From positions 1-60,582 of the IMG/VR virus record IMGVR_UViG_3300047094_000624: DNA of 60,582 nucleotides. One strand, 5' to 3'. The stretch is from a virus (Duplodnaviria > Caudoviricetes). The notes under the pieces are model-generated. The model was not told the origin of the DNA and searched no databases. It was given only the letters and a program-made list of their open reading frames with translations. Below, one piece after another: positions 37,554-46,595 of this stretch. Position numbers and translations under genes: made by a program. Numbering within the stretch: position 1 is the stretch's first letter; every line of letters begins with the position of its first letter.

Positions 37554-38624
37554 CTAGTTGGTTTCTGCAATAACTACAGATTGGTCAGTGATTAGACCAA
37601 GTCCGAAGATTGAGTACCAAGCTAATGCGTGTTCACGACCGAAGTCTAGAATTCCGCCATCGCGAAGTTCTACTGGAAGTGAGATTGCGTGACCAAATGC
37701 GTTATCTCCAATGAAGATTGCATCGTAGCGGTCAGCTGCACCGTTACCTGTAAAGGTAGCTGGTGTTGTGTAACCTCCACCAGGAGTTACTGTTGGGCTA
37801 GCAACAGCTGTATCAGCTGAGTAACCTGCACCAGCACCGCCTGTAACCTTTAGTACTTGTGTGGTTTCGATGAAAACACAATCGTACAAACGTCCGATTT
37901 CACCAAGCATGAAGTTACCTGGAGCGGCATACTTCGTTACTTCGATGAATTCAGGCATGTCGCGTAGACGACGTGATTGATGAGGGTGAACAAACGCAAC
38001 GTAGGTTTCGCCTAACCTTGGGATGTTCTTGGTTGATAGTGTTTCTACTGCATCCTTAACTGTGTGAGGTGTTAAGTAGAAAGCACCTGTCATTGCTGCA
38101 CGGTTAGCAGCTGTTGTGCCATAGGCATACCAGTTGTTAACTGCAGATAGAGCTGAGCGGTCTTCACCGTAGATTGTTGAGGTTGCGCTGTACAGAGTAT
38201 CGCGGCTCAATTGGTCTAGGTAAATTGCCATGTTACGTCCAAGAAGACGTGAGGCAGAAGCCATTACGTCATCGAAGGAAGCGTTCAATAACAATTCTGA
38301 AACTGCTAATGCATAGCCGTGTTCAGATACTGTAATTGAGAATTGTTGTGCTGTTAATGCGTTTGTTTGCATACGTACACCTTCAACTAGGGAACTTGCA
38401 AATCCCAAGTTGTTGTAACGCATGAAATTGATTTGTAAACCAGGTGCAACACCAAGTTCAGTTTTCTTAACTGCAAATTGTTCAAAGCGAAGGATAGGCA
38501 TAGCCTGGAAAAGGATTTCCTTTGACCAGATTGTCTGAATCGCTTGAGTCAATTGTGTGTTTGTACCTGAGTACGCTGTTGGGGATGCGGCGAGATTGCC
38601 GGTACCCGTAATACCAGATGCCAT
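37554..38624 (-). CDS. major capsid protein (N4-gp56-like)
   Basis: VHPHQ..LRD, GEIGRLY..FIETT, DFGR...AWY motifs; follows the scaffold gene. Confidence 0.93.
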   Translation of the reverse strand: MASGITGTGNLAASPTAYSGTNTQLTQAIQTIWSKEILFQAMPILRFEQFAVKKTELGVAPGLQINFMRYNNLGFASSLVEGVRMQTNALTAQQFSITVSEHGYALAVSELLLNASFDDVMASASRLLGRNMAIYLDQLSRDTLYSATSTIYGEDRSALSAVNNWYAYGTTAANRAAMTGAFYLTPHTVKDAVETLSTKNIPRLGETYVAFVHPHQSRRLRDMPEFIEVTKYAAPGNFMLGEIGRLYDCVFIETTQVLKVTGGAGAGYSADTAVASPTVTPGGGYTTPATFTGNGAADRYDAIFIGDNAFGHAISLPVELRDGGILDFGREHALAWYSIFGLGLITDQSVVIAETN

Positions 38625-38661
38625 TTAGATTGGACTCCTTGTTAGTTTTGTATTTGTGGGT

Positions 38662-39435
38662 TTAGCCGAACAGTCCGCGCGTTTTGCCTTGAGCACTTGG
38701 GCTCAAGAGGCGTTGACGATACTTCGCATATTCTTCCATTGACATAGACGAGATGTCTTGTGCAGAGAACGAACGTTGTTCCGAATTAGTTTCCATAGGT
38801 CCTGCTGGAGGCGTTGTCACACGCGTTCCAGTCATTTCTTTTCGTGCACTTTGCATTGCTGCCTGTGCCGAATCTAAGATGCGTGCTGAGCGTTCTTTCA
38901 AACCCTCAATACTTGCATCTACTTCCTCTTTAGTGTTTCCACTAATGAGGTCAACAAGTTCAGGAATAATATTTTCCCGTTCTTGTTCTAACCGTTGTGA
39001 ACGGTAAGACTGTAGGTCTGCGAATTGTCTTTCTCTTTCTAATAAAGAAAAAGCTCTTTCGCGTTCTTGTTTTTCAGCTTCTAGCTGTTGTTGCCATTCT
39101 TGTTCTTTTACTTTTAGAAGGTCGCGCACTTCAAGTTCTTCTTCAGCTTTTGCTTTTGCTCTAGCTGCTTCTTCGGCTTCAATGTCTGCCTTGTGAGCCA
39201 ATTTTTCTTCGCGGTCCTTCTTTAAGACTTCAAGTTCTTCCTTTAATTTATCAATTTGAGGATAGAGCTTTTCTTTTTCTTGGCTTCTTACTTTTGCCAA
39301 ATCGTCTTCTGTGTAAAATTTCTTGCCTTTTAATTCTTCTACCACTGCTGGTGTTTCAGCAATTGTAGGTGCTGTTGATACTGCTTCTGCTTCGGCTGCG
39401 AAAGCCTCTACATTCATTTCTGTTACTTCTGACAT
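38662..39435 (-). CDS. capsid scaffolding protein
   Basis: E/K/Q coiled coil, C-terminal MSMEEYAKYR; between portal and capsid genes. Confidence 0.82.
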   Translation of the reverse strand: MSEVTEMNVEAFAAEAEAVSTAPTIAETPAVVEELKGKKFYTEDDLAKVRSQEKEKLYPQIDKLKEELEVLKKDREEKLAHKADIEAEEAARAKAKAEEELEVRDLLKVKEQEWQQQLEAEKQERERAFSLLERERQFADLQSYRSQRLEQERENIIPELVDLISGNTKEEVDASIEGLKERSARILDSAQAAMQSARKEMTGTRVTTPPAGPMETNSEQRSFSAQDISSMSMEEYAKYRQRLLSPSAQGKTRGLFG

Positions 39436-39510
39436 AGTTTATCCTTAGTGTCCTCTGGGTCGTTTTCCGAATTAATAACACATTTGACCAAACGTTTCTA
39501 TCTATATTTA

Positions 39511-39545
39511 ATTTTGCCTTACAACACGAAATTTTCAGCCTAAAA
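39511..39545 (-). promoter_or_regulatory. putative late promoter (TTTAGG-CTGAAA-16-CAAAAT)
   Basis: Motif shared with sites at 42155, 46853 and 52591. Confidence 0.5.
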
Positions 39546-39557
39546 TGCTTATTTTAC

Positions 39558-41264
39558 CTATTTTTCGTATTCTTGCGGAACTCTTCGTTGAGGAAGTTTT
39601 GTACCGTAAGCTTTAGTTACTAACTGTGTCCTTAATGAAGTCTCTCCTAGTTTTGAAGCCATGGCTGCATCATCAAGGGTTGGAGGAACCATAGGAGTAG
39701 GCATACCTGCCCCAGCGCCTTTACCAGCACTAGGGGCCCCTGGTTCTGGAGGTGGCATAGTTCCTGTTAGTTCCATAATTTCTTGTTCAATTTGAGTCTG
39801 TAGAAGTTTTAGAGCACCATCGGCTATTGCGTCGTCTTGAAGTTCTTTACGGATTTCATTCAACTTCTCTGCTGGGAATTCTTCACCCAAAACTCGTAAA
39901 GCACCTTCTTTTGACTCTAAGCCAAGAGATAGCAATGATTGAATTTCATTAAGAGCAATTAACTTGTCTAATGGAAGTGGTTGTGGGAAGTGTACGTAAG
40001 AACGGTATGTTAATTGGTCATTGGTATCTAGTTGTGGAGTTTGACCTTCTTTTAGTTCTACGTCAGTATTAGGGTCCCAAGTAAAGGTTTCTGGTTCTTT
40101 TACGGCTAAGTTCAATAATATAAGTTCATTAATACGCTCTAATCCATGAGCGTATTGAACAATCTTTTGGTGGTAACGATTCATTAAAGGTTGGAACTGA
40201 ATAGACAAAGCAACACCTGATGTATTTGAAATAGGTTGTGCTTGTCCAAGAGCAGTCTCTGGTACACCAACCATTTCGTGCATTGCTTTTTTCATCATTG
40301 CAAGGAAATCCATTGCACCTTTAAGACCTTGTGCGCCACCTTCTAGATTTTCTACCTTTGCATCTTTTGGTAGACCGCCCCATACTTTGTTAGCGCCTTT
40401 TTCTAATTGAGAAGCTTTAGCACCAATAATTACAGTTACTGGAGCAGCGTGGTAATTAACAATGTCAGCAATGTCAGTTGCTACTTCGTTGTAAGTTCTA
40501 TTAATTGGAATAATGTCATTGCAATCAGATAGGCCCCAAGGAGAACCTGAAATACGAATGTTAGGAATATGGATAACTGGAATAACACCAAGTGGATTTG
40601 GACGTGAGTCAATAAGTTCATCATTAATGTATTCTTCAATAATGTCATCAGTCAAGATTTCAGTATAAGTAAATACTTGACGTGTACCTTCTAGAGATGT
40701 ACCCCAAAAACGGTATTTTAATTTAAATCTAATTAAACGTTCACGGTCATGTGGATGGAATTCTGGAAAACAAAAAGAAGAGTTTAATGGAAGTACGCGA
40801 ACACGACCTGGATGTTGACGACCAGCTGGGTCTACCCATGCTTCTTCATAAGCAACTTTAATAAAACAATCACCAGATACTCCACCTTGTTGACCAATTT
40901 CCCAAAGTACTGTTGCTTTGTTGTTGTCTACTTCCCATACACGTTCTAATAAATCTGGAACAATTGCTTCTGTTTCTTTAGGGCTTCTAAATTGAACACC
41001 TTTACTAAATGTAAAGTTAATAATGAAATCTGTAAATGCTCTGTAATAATTGAGCACCATTTGGGTTTCACCAGTTTGACGGCGATAAGAATAATGATGA
41101 CCTAGGTACATAGCCCAGTTCAATGAATAACGGTTTAGACGAGGACCGTGAACCTCAAATTCTTCATCAGCTAATTCTACTAATCCAAGAGGGGATATAG
41201 AGATTGTTAAATCAGAGGACGCTGCCCTATAACTAGGAGGGGAAAAGTCTAGGCCGCTTGTCAC
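39558..41264 (-). CDS. portal protein (SPP1 gp6-like)
   Basis: NPLGVIPVIHIPN, WGLSD, SGVALSI motifs; synteny. Confidence 0.9.
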   Translation of the reverse strand: MTSGLDFSPPSYRAASSDLTISISPLGLVELADEEFEVHGPRLNRYSLNWAMYLGHHYSYRRQTGETQMVLNYYRAFTDFIINFTFSKGVQFRSPKETEAIVPDLLERVWEVDNNKATVLWEIGQQGGVSGDCFIKVAYEEAWVDPAGRQHPGRVRVLPLNSSFCFPEFHPHDRERLIRFKLKYRFWGTSLEGTRQVFTYTEILTDDIIEEYINDELIDSRPNPLGVIPVIHIPNIRISGSPWGLSDCNDIIPINRTYNEVATDIADIVNYHAAPVTVIIGAKASQLEKGANKVWGGLPKDAKVENLEGGAQGLKGAMDFLAMMKKAMHEMVGVPETALGQAQPISNTSGVALSIQFQPLMNRYHQKIVQYAHGLERINELILLNLAVKEPETFTWDPNTDVELKEGQTPQLDTNDQLTYRSYVHFPQPLPLDKLIALNEIQSLLSLGLESKEGALRVLGEEFPAEKLNEIRKELQDDAIADGALKLLQTQIEQEIMELTGTMPPPEPGAPSAGKGAGAGMPTPMVPPTLDDAAMASKLGETSLRTQLVTKAYGTKLPQRRVPQEYEK

Positions 41265-41333
41265 CTATTAATCCTCTCCAAACTATTTGTTATATCTTAG
41301 CACTATTAACTGTACTAATATTTTTCGCCACGG

Positions 41334-41642
41334 TTATCTGTGGCGCTGGCCTTTAAGTTGGCTTTTGCCAACAGGCTTAGTTACTTTTTTATTTTGTTCT
41401 TCTTTAACCTTGTCTTGCTTTTCTTTTGCATAATCTCTAAATCTTGGGTCTATTTCTTTTTTAGATTGAACAAATTTTCCACCCATTTGAGTATAACGAG
41501 CGTGAACCCAGTGAGCTGCTGCTGGAGAAGGATAAACATTAAATTTAGTACGTGCTTGCATAGTAAGCATGTTCCACATTTTAGGGTTAGCAGGTAACTG
41601 CTTAGGGCCCTCTTTTACTTCTTTACCTGAAATTAATGCCAT
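41334..41642 (-). CDS. basic hypothetical protein
   Basis: PANPKMW...AR.KF.VYPS.AA..W....Y...GG.F. Confidence 0.65.
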   Translation of the reverse strand: MALISGKEVKEGPKQLPANPKMWNMLTMQARTKFNVYPSPAAAHWVHARYTQMGGKFVQSKKEIDPRFRDYAKEKQDKVKEEQNKKVTKPVGKSQLKGQRHR

Positions 41643-41659
41643 ATGTCCTCAAGCTCCAA

Positions 41660-41704
41660 AACCTGCCTGACCAACTTGCAATACACAAGTTAGTTAGACA
41701 GGTT
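41660..41704 (-). terminator. long stem-loop (terminator or RNase III-type site)
   Basis: AACCTGTCTAACTAACTTG...CAAGTTGGTCAGGCAGGTT; G-U pairs favour the minus strand. Confidence 0.55.
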
Positions 41705-41715
41705 AAGTGAGATTA

Positions 41716-42114
41716 CTAGTCTTGTACTACTGCAGGGTTCAAACGTTGTTGATGTGAACCATCGCGGAAAACTTCTTCAATTTTGTTTTCTGCATAATCA
41801 GCAAATGAACCAGTAGCAAATTCTTGTAGAGTATTTGGTGCCTCTACCCAAGCTGCTGAACCAACATGTGCACGTTCGCGCATTGTTTCTTCGGCTGGCT
41901 TAGTGTGAACTGGTGCATTACGATTCGGACGTCCTGCTGCAGGTGTGTAACCTTGAGAGGCTCCGTTAGAGAATTCCTGTGGAATATCTGTGTCTGTTGC
42001 TAATCCTTCTTCAAAACGAAGAGGTCCACGTTGACCAGGAATTGCTCCGGCCATTTTACGGTCATAGATATTACCTGGGCGCTCTGGAAATTTAGGCGCT
42101 GGTGCAATTGCCAT
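41716..42114 (-). CDS. hypothetical head-region protein
   Basis: SD GGAG; GPLRFEEG..TDTD.P, ERAHVGSAAW. Confidence 0.7.
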   Translation of the reverse strand: MAIAPAPKFPERPGNIYDRKMAGAIPGQRGPLRFEEGLATDTDIPQEFSNGASQGYTPAAGRPNRNAPVHTKPAEETMRERAHVGSAAWVEAPNTLQEFATGSFADYAENKIEEVFRDGSHQQRLNPAVVQD

Positions 42115-42154
42115 ATTTAAAACTCCATATTTCTATTTAAGGTACCTTAATAAA

Positions 42155-42190
42155 AGTGTTCTGCTTTTTTACCTTTATGTCAGGCTAAAA
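42155..42190 (-). promoter_or_regulatory. putative late promoter (TTTAGC-CTGACA-17-AACACT)
   Basis: Shared motif. Confidence 0.5.
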
Positions 42191-42196
42191 TCAAGT

Positions 42197-43792
42197 TTAC
42201 CTGTAAAAAGGCGATGAACTGACCTCTACTGAGGGCATTGTTAAATCTAATGTGAGACTACAAGCGATAGCCAAACTGTCAGCAAAGTCATCATGAGCAT
42301 GGGCTTCATCGGGGGCTTTGGCTAAAAAGTTAGGTCCAGTAAATTTAGTTTCTAAATCAGTCATCTGTTGGTAGAAACGTTTCCAGGTTCTTAATCGTCT
42401 AGTCTTTGCATGAGCTGGCCAACCGACCATCCTTCTATCAATTAAAGCCTTTAAATGTTTCCAACGTTTTGACTGCTCTGGTTGGCTACTGCCTAGAGAG
42501 TGAACTTCGGCTCCTGGAAGCAAAAGCTTAAGACGTTGGGCTACTGCATCTCCAACTCCGTTTGCATCAACTCCAACAGCTATCACATCGTATGCAGAAA
42601 GGAAGTTAACTATTTGAAAGTACTGGTCTTCCCAATCGTCGCCTTGAATTTCAAGCCAATTAAGAATTCTGTGGTCAAAATAACCAAACTCATCTGGTCT
42701 ATCCCAATCAACCCATACAACAGTAACTACAGTTGAATCTAGTTTTCTTGCTGGGTCAATTCCAACTACTACAGGGCTACGATGCCAAGCCTTGACAATT
42801 TCTTGAGAAGTATCTCCAAGTTCGTCCATAATTGTAGAAGTTACAAACATTCCTCTTTCAAGTAGCCATTTACAAGAATAAGACATTTGGAATTCGTCAG
42901 ATTCTTCACCAATACGTAAAGTTTCTCGTTTAATAAATTTTCCGTAGTTTTGATTTACTTTAGCTACTTCGCGCCAATCCCATTCAAAGTGGTTTTGTCT
43001 ACTGCCTCGAGTTGTTTGTCTTCTCTTATTTAATTGAATAGACCTGTAAAAGTTATTTTTACTTGTAGTTGGAGTACCAGTTTTAACCATAGTTCCTGAG
43101 TAATAAGCCAACATAGGAGAAATAGATTTAGATACTACAAAGTCATCTGCTTCTTGACACTCGTCAATAACAATAAGATGAAAAGATTTAGATTCAATTT
43201 TTGCTCTTGGGTTAGCTGTCATCATCATTAAAGTAGAACCAGAGTTCTTTAGTTTAATCTGTCTAGTAACTCCAGGAACTTTACCAAGGCTGTCATCTAT
43301 TTCTGGGTCACCTAATATTTCTTGCGCTCTTTCACTAGTAAGCCTGTTAACAGCGCGTCCAAATAAAGTTTCAACCTGACCTTCAACTGGAGCAAACATT
43401 CCTACCCAGATACCAGTTTTAAATCTACCTAGTAAATCTGGATACATCTTTGCAAGTCTTGGTAATAAAACCATGAGAGTAACAACTGTATTAGCAATAG
43501 TTTCAGATTTACCTGATTGACGTGCAGCTAGAGCGGTTACTTCTTCACCATCATTAATAATTACAGATTCAATAATTCGACGTGCTAAAGGTTTTTGATA
43601 TGGGTGAAGGTCATGGCCAACAAGGGCTTCCATAAACTGCATAGTTCTATCTACTAATTTAATAACAAATTCTTTAGATAACTCATCAAGTTCGTCTTCC
43701 TCTTCGGGAGGAAGGTCATCTTCATCTTCTTCAAACTCTTCTTCTAAAAGCTCTTCGTTCTCTTCAAGAAGTTCTAATTCTGGCTCGTTCAT
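42197..43792 (-). CDS. terL: terminase large subunit
   Basis: Walker A ARQSGKSE, Walker B IVIDECQ, nuclease motifs GIDPAR and HDDFADS; start moved to the ATG at 43792 because the longer ORF overlaps a tRNA. Confidence 0.93.
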   Translation of the reverse strand: MNEPELELLEENEELLEEEFEEDEDDLPPEEEDELDELSKEFVIKLVDRTMQFMEALVGHDLHPYQKPLARRIIESVIINDGEEVTALAARQSGKSETIANTVVTLMVLLPRLAKMYPDLLGRFKTGIWVGMFAPVEGQVETLFGRAVNRLTSERAQEILGDPEIDDSLGKVPGVTRQIKLKNSGSTLMMMTANPRAKIESKSFHLIVIDECQEADDFVVSKSISPMLAYYSGTMVKTGTPTTSKNNFYRSIQLNKRRQTTRGSRQNHFEWDWREVAKVNQNYGKFIKRETLRIGEESDEFQMSYSCKWLLERGMFVTSTIMDELGDTSQEIVKAWHRSPVVVGIDPARKLDSTVVTVVWVDWDRPDEFGYFDHRILNWLEIQGDDWEDQYFQIVNFLSAYDVIAVGVDANGVGDAVAQRLKLLLPGAEVHSLGSSQPEQSKRWKHLKALIDRRMVGWPAHAKTRRLRTWKRFYQQMTDLETKFTGPNFLAKAPDEAHAHDDFADSLAIACSLTLDLTMPSVEVSSSPFYR

Positions 43793-43836
43793 TTTTTCCA
43801 ATTCTTTAACACGATAGTTTAAGTTTAACCAATATG

Positions 43837-43909
43837 CTGTCCTGATTGGACTCGAACCAATAACCACTCGATTAACAGTCGAGTGCTCTGCCAATTGAGC
43901 TACAGGACA
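43837..43909 (-). tRNA. tRNA-Asn(GTT)
   Basis: Acceptor TGTCCTG/CAGGACA, anticodon arm CTCGA-CTGTTAA-TCGAG, T-loop TTCGAGT; no encoded CCA. Confidence 0.95.
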
Positions 43910-43915
43910 TCAGAG

Positions 43916-43987
43916 AGCCTCGAGTCAGGATTGAACTGACGACCTTCCGCTTACAAGGCGGATGCACTACCGCTGTGCTATCGAGGC
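43916..43987 (-). tRNA. tRNA-Thr(TGT)
   Basis: Acceptor GCCTCGA/TCGAGGC, anticodon arm TCCGC-CTTGTAA-GCGGA, T-loop TTCAATC; no encoded CCA. Confidence 0.95.
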
Positions 43988-43989
43988 CT

Positions 43990-44064
43990 AAAACTAATGG
44001 CCTAGGAGTTAACCCAGGCCATAAGAGTGCCGCCACCACACGGGAGAGAAAGGAAGAGAGGCAT
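43990..44064 (-). ncRNA. candidate CU-rich small RNA with 3' terminator-like hairpin (alternatively a 20-aa leaderless ORF)
   Basis: -10-like AATAAT, tract CCTCTCTTCCTTTCTCTCCC, hairpin ATGGCCTGGG/CCTAGGCCAT then TAGTTTT. Confidence 0.45.
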
Positions 44065-44110
44065 ATCTATTATTACATATAGTCGTTAATAGTAGATGTT
44101 CCGACATCAG

Positions 44111-44356
44111 TTAGCGTGTTGGCTTAATAGTCCTATTATGTAATTCATCTAAAACTGCATGTAAAGCTTCTGCTCCAGTAAGAGCTTCTTGTAAATAAAC
44201 ATCTTCTCTATTTTTTTCATAAGCTGAAAGGCATCTTCCAAGTTCATATAAAGATTGGCTAGCCCACATATCTAACTCAGCAGTAGGTATCTTAGAAACT
44301 CTTTTTTTAATTTTTTCAGAAAATGGCTTATCCCATTTAGTAGTCTTCTTGAACAC
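44111..44356 (-). CDS. hypothetical helical protein
   Basis: 81-aa ORF with SD GGAGG. Confidence 0.65.
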   Translation of the reverse strand: MFKKTTKWDKPFSEKIKKRVSKIPTAELDMWASQSLYELGRCLSAYEKNREDVYLQEALTGAEALHAVLDELHNRTIKPTR

Positions 44357-44618
44357 TTACACCCTCCTGAGACCATTTAGATAACGGTATCACTCTACCT
44401 TCAATAGCAGATAAAAGGGCTTCGGCTTCTTCAAGTCTTGACTTACCAAACACACCTAAAGCAATCCCTGGTCTAGTAAAGGGAACTCTAAATACTAAAC
44501 ATTTACCTTTTCTAAACGGAGGTTCAATTTCGCTAGTCCAGCCTTTTTCAATAAAAGGCATAAAACCACGTTTTCCGTAGTTAACAATATCAACGTATAG
44601 TGGCCCGATTGTTTTCAT
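44337..44618 (-). CDS. hypothetical protein
   Basis: 93-aa ORF in a coupled operon. Confidence 0.65.
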   Translation of the reverse strand: MKTIGPLYVDIVNYGKRGFMPFIEKGWTSEIEPPFRKGKCLVFRVPFTRPGIALGVFGKSRLEEAEALLSAIEGRVIPLSKWSQEGVSVQEDY

Positions 44619-44619
44619 A

Positions 44620-45075
44620 TTAGTTGTTTAATTGAGTCCTTGGTCCCGGAGACATTTCTGCTGGATTAAATGCACCCATATCTGGCCATTGGTCTAAACC
44701 AGATTCTTTTAAGTATACACCAGTAGATTCACTAGCTTTTAATTCGTTCCACATTTCAACAGGAACTCCGTAGTATCCCCACCAAGTTCCGTCTCTAAAT
44801 CTAACTACTAAAGTTTCACTTTGTTTACTATATGCAAGTTTTAAAGCTCTAGGTCTTTTAGGATTCTTAGTAGGTGCTGTTTGTGTTGTATAAGAAGTAT
44901 CTTCAGGTTCTCTAGAATCGGTTACTTCATAATCTTCAGGAGCAGACTCAGTTATAGTTTTTTTAAAATCATCTACTCTTTCAGGAGTTAGATATGTAGA
45001 AGCCCATCTATCTACTGCTTTTTGAGAATCTTTACGCAACTCTTCAAGAGAAGGAATTGTAGGTTTTCTAGCCAT
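44620..45075 (-). CDS. KTSC-domain protein
   Basis: YS...ETLVVRFRDG...Y.GVP..W..L..S.STG.YL. Confidence 0.8.
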   Translation of the reverse strand: MARKPTIPSLEELRKDSQKAVDRWASTYLTPERVDDFKKTITESAPEDYEVTDSREPEDTSYTTQTAPTKNPKRPRALKLAYSKQSETLVVRFRDGTWWGYYGVPVEMWNELKASESTGVYLKESGLDQWPDMGAFNPAEMSPGPRTQLNN

Positions 45076-45329
45076 TAACACTCATGTTCGTTAGTTTTTG
45101 TAGATAATACTTTAGAGTCGCAATCACCGCAATACAAGTATATTGGTTTAAAATTATTTTGAGCCGTAGCTCCTTTTTCAAAATCCATACCATCTTCATT
45201 TAAAGCTGGTTGATAATCATCAACAATTTTAGATTCTTTAAATAGTTCTCTTGGAAAGGGACCTGTCGGATTTGTTACTTTATTAGGAACAGGGTGAGCC
45301 TGTTTGGCTTTTACCCTTGTTGTTTTCAT
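45075..45329 (-). CDS. hypothetical protein with C-terminal CxxC...HxC Zn finger
   Basis: CGDC...HEC. Confidence 0.6.
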   Translation of the reverse strand: MKTTRVKAKQAHPVPNKVTNPTGPFPRELFKESKIVDDYQPALNEDGMDFEKGATAQNNFKPIYLYCGDCDSKVLSTKTNEHEC

Positions 45330-45511
45330 TCTTCAGCCTTGGCTTTGGAAGCTTTCTTTTTAGGTTCTTCTCTTAATTTAAAATCGCCACGAATTGCTCT
45401 AGGGAGTAAATGTTTTGGTAAACAACGATTGCAATAATCTACCGGTCTAACTCCACGGTCTGCCATTGTAAAATGAGCGTCATTTTCACAATTTGCACAT
45501 TTAATCGCCAT
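45326..45511 (-). CDS. small Zn-finger protein
   Basis: CANC...CNRC; SD TAGGAG. Confidence 0.7.
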   Translation of the reverse strand: MAIKCANCENDAHFTMADRGVRPVDYCNRCLPKHLLPRAIRGDFKLREEPKKKASKAKAEE

Positions 45512-45527
45512 ATTTATCTCCTAAAAA

Positions 45528-45552
45528 TATAGGGCAGATAGTCTGCCCTATA
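45528..45552 (-). terminator. stem-loop/terminator (copy A)
   Basis: TATAGGGCAGA...TCTGCCCTATA followed by TTTTT on the minus strand. Confidence 0.7.
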
Positions 45553-45559
45553 AATTAAA

Positions 45560-45757
45560 TTATTCTTCTGATGCGCCTGGTTCAGCTAAAGGAAATTCTC
45601 CTCTTGCTGCTGCAGCGCCTAAATGTGTAGGTAAGCAATCCCAGGCATAGTTTCCTGCAGCTTCTGGGTATCTATCTGCTGGAACTGTGTAATGAGCTTG
45701 TTTACCACTAATATCGCAAACTACTGTAGGTGTAGGTGCTTTGGGTGTTGTTGCCAT
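45560..45757 (-). CDS. paralog of 45326..45511 with degenerate Zn ligands
   Basis: Shared AH.T..DR and CLP.HL..A.RG.F.L motifs; SD TAGGAG. Confidence 0.65.
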   Translation of the reverse strand: MATTPKAPTPTVVCDISGKQAHYTVPADRYPEAAGNYAWDCLPTHLGAAAARGEFPLAEPGASEE

Positions 45758-45780
45758 TTATTTTATTCTCCTAAGTCGAC

Positions 45781-45809
45781 AATAGGGCAGGAGGTCATCC
45801 TGCCCTATT
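45781..45809 (-). terminator. stem-loop (copy B)
   Basis: AATAGGGCAGGA...TCCTGCCCTATT. Confidence 0.65.
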
Positions 45810-45822
45810 AGTTTATCTTAAA

Positions 45823-46212
45823 TTACGACGCTAATACAGCGCTAGGGTCAATGTCTTTCCCAGCGGACCAGCGAATGTTGTCTCTCATTTCAAAATGTAA
45901 ATGAGGACCAGATGAGTTGCCAGTATTACCGGATTCCCCGATATGTTGGCCCTTCAATACTGTGTCTCCTGGTTTAACAAGAGACTTTGAAAGGTGAGCG
46001 TAGATTACCCACCCACCTGTTACTTTTTGCACAATTTGGGTTCCATAAGATTTTCCCCAAGATGCATTTTCAATTTTTCCATCAGCTACGGCAATAATGT
46101 CTGTGCCTTCTTTGCACGCATAGTCGACACCAGTGTGATAACCTTTTGACCACATTTTTCCTGTTTTTTTATAAGGTGTGGTAATTTTTCCATCTTTAAT
46201 AGGTGAGCCCAT
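45823..46212 (-). CDS. M23 peptidase (endolysin catalytic domain)
   Basis: HTGVD, YAHLS, SGNTGNSSGPHLHFE. Confidence 0.93.
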   Translation of the reverse strand: MGSPIKDGKITTPYKKTGKMWSKGYHTGVDYACKEGTDIIAVADGKIENASWGKSYGTQIVQKVTGGWVIYAHLSKSLVKPGDTVLKGQHIGESGNTGNSSGPHLHFEMRDNIRWSAGKDIDPSAVLAS

Positions 46213-46592
46213 TAATGAATCAGTCCTTTGAATTGTCTAATTTCAGAAACAATATCTGATTTTCCGTTGTGATAAACCATACAAGAAATAGGTGTTCCTG
46301 GTTTAGCATTGAAATACCAAAATAACGTAAACTGCACAGAAGTGACATCTTCGGGTACAGCGTAAGTATTAGTACCAGTAGTGTCGTTCTTGCCTTTATA
46401 GTCTCTTGAGTAATTCATTTTTACATATGTTGGTCTACCAGTTTTAGGTAGAGTCAAATGTAATTGTGCTTCCCAAAAACAATGACCTTCTTTTGTAGGG
46501 TCAATAGCGTCTTTACCGTTGAGCACCATAGGTGTCCAAACATTTGGTTTAAAAGACTGTTTGTTTTTATCGTCTTTCCATTGAATGTACAA
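46212..46592 (-). CDS. lysis-cassette beta-sandwich protein (possible separate cell-wall-binding subunit)
   Basis: Between the holin and M23 genes, TAATG-coupled to M23. Confidence 0.5.
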   Translation of the reverse strand: MYIQWKDDKNKQSFKPNVWTPMVLNGKDAIDPTKEGHCFWEAQLHLTLPKTGRPTYVKMNYSRDYKGKNDTTGTNTYAVPEDVTSVQFTLFWYFNAKPGTPISCMVYHNGKSDIVSEIRQFKGLIH

Positions 46593-46595
46593 GGT

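Noticed and set aside
43793-43894. N-terminal extension of TerL in the ORF track
   Set aside because: It overlaps tRNA-Asn; the ATG at 43792 is the likelier start.
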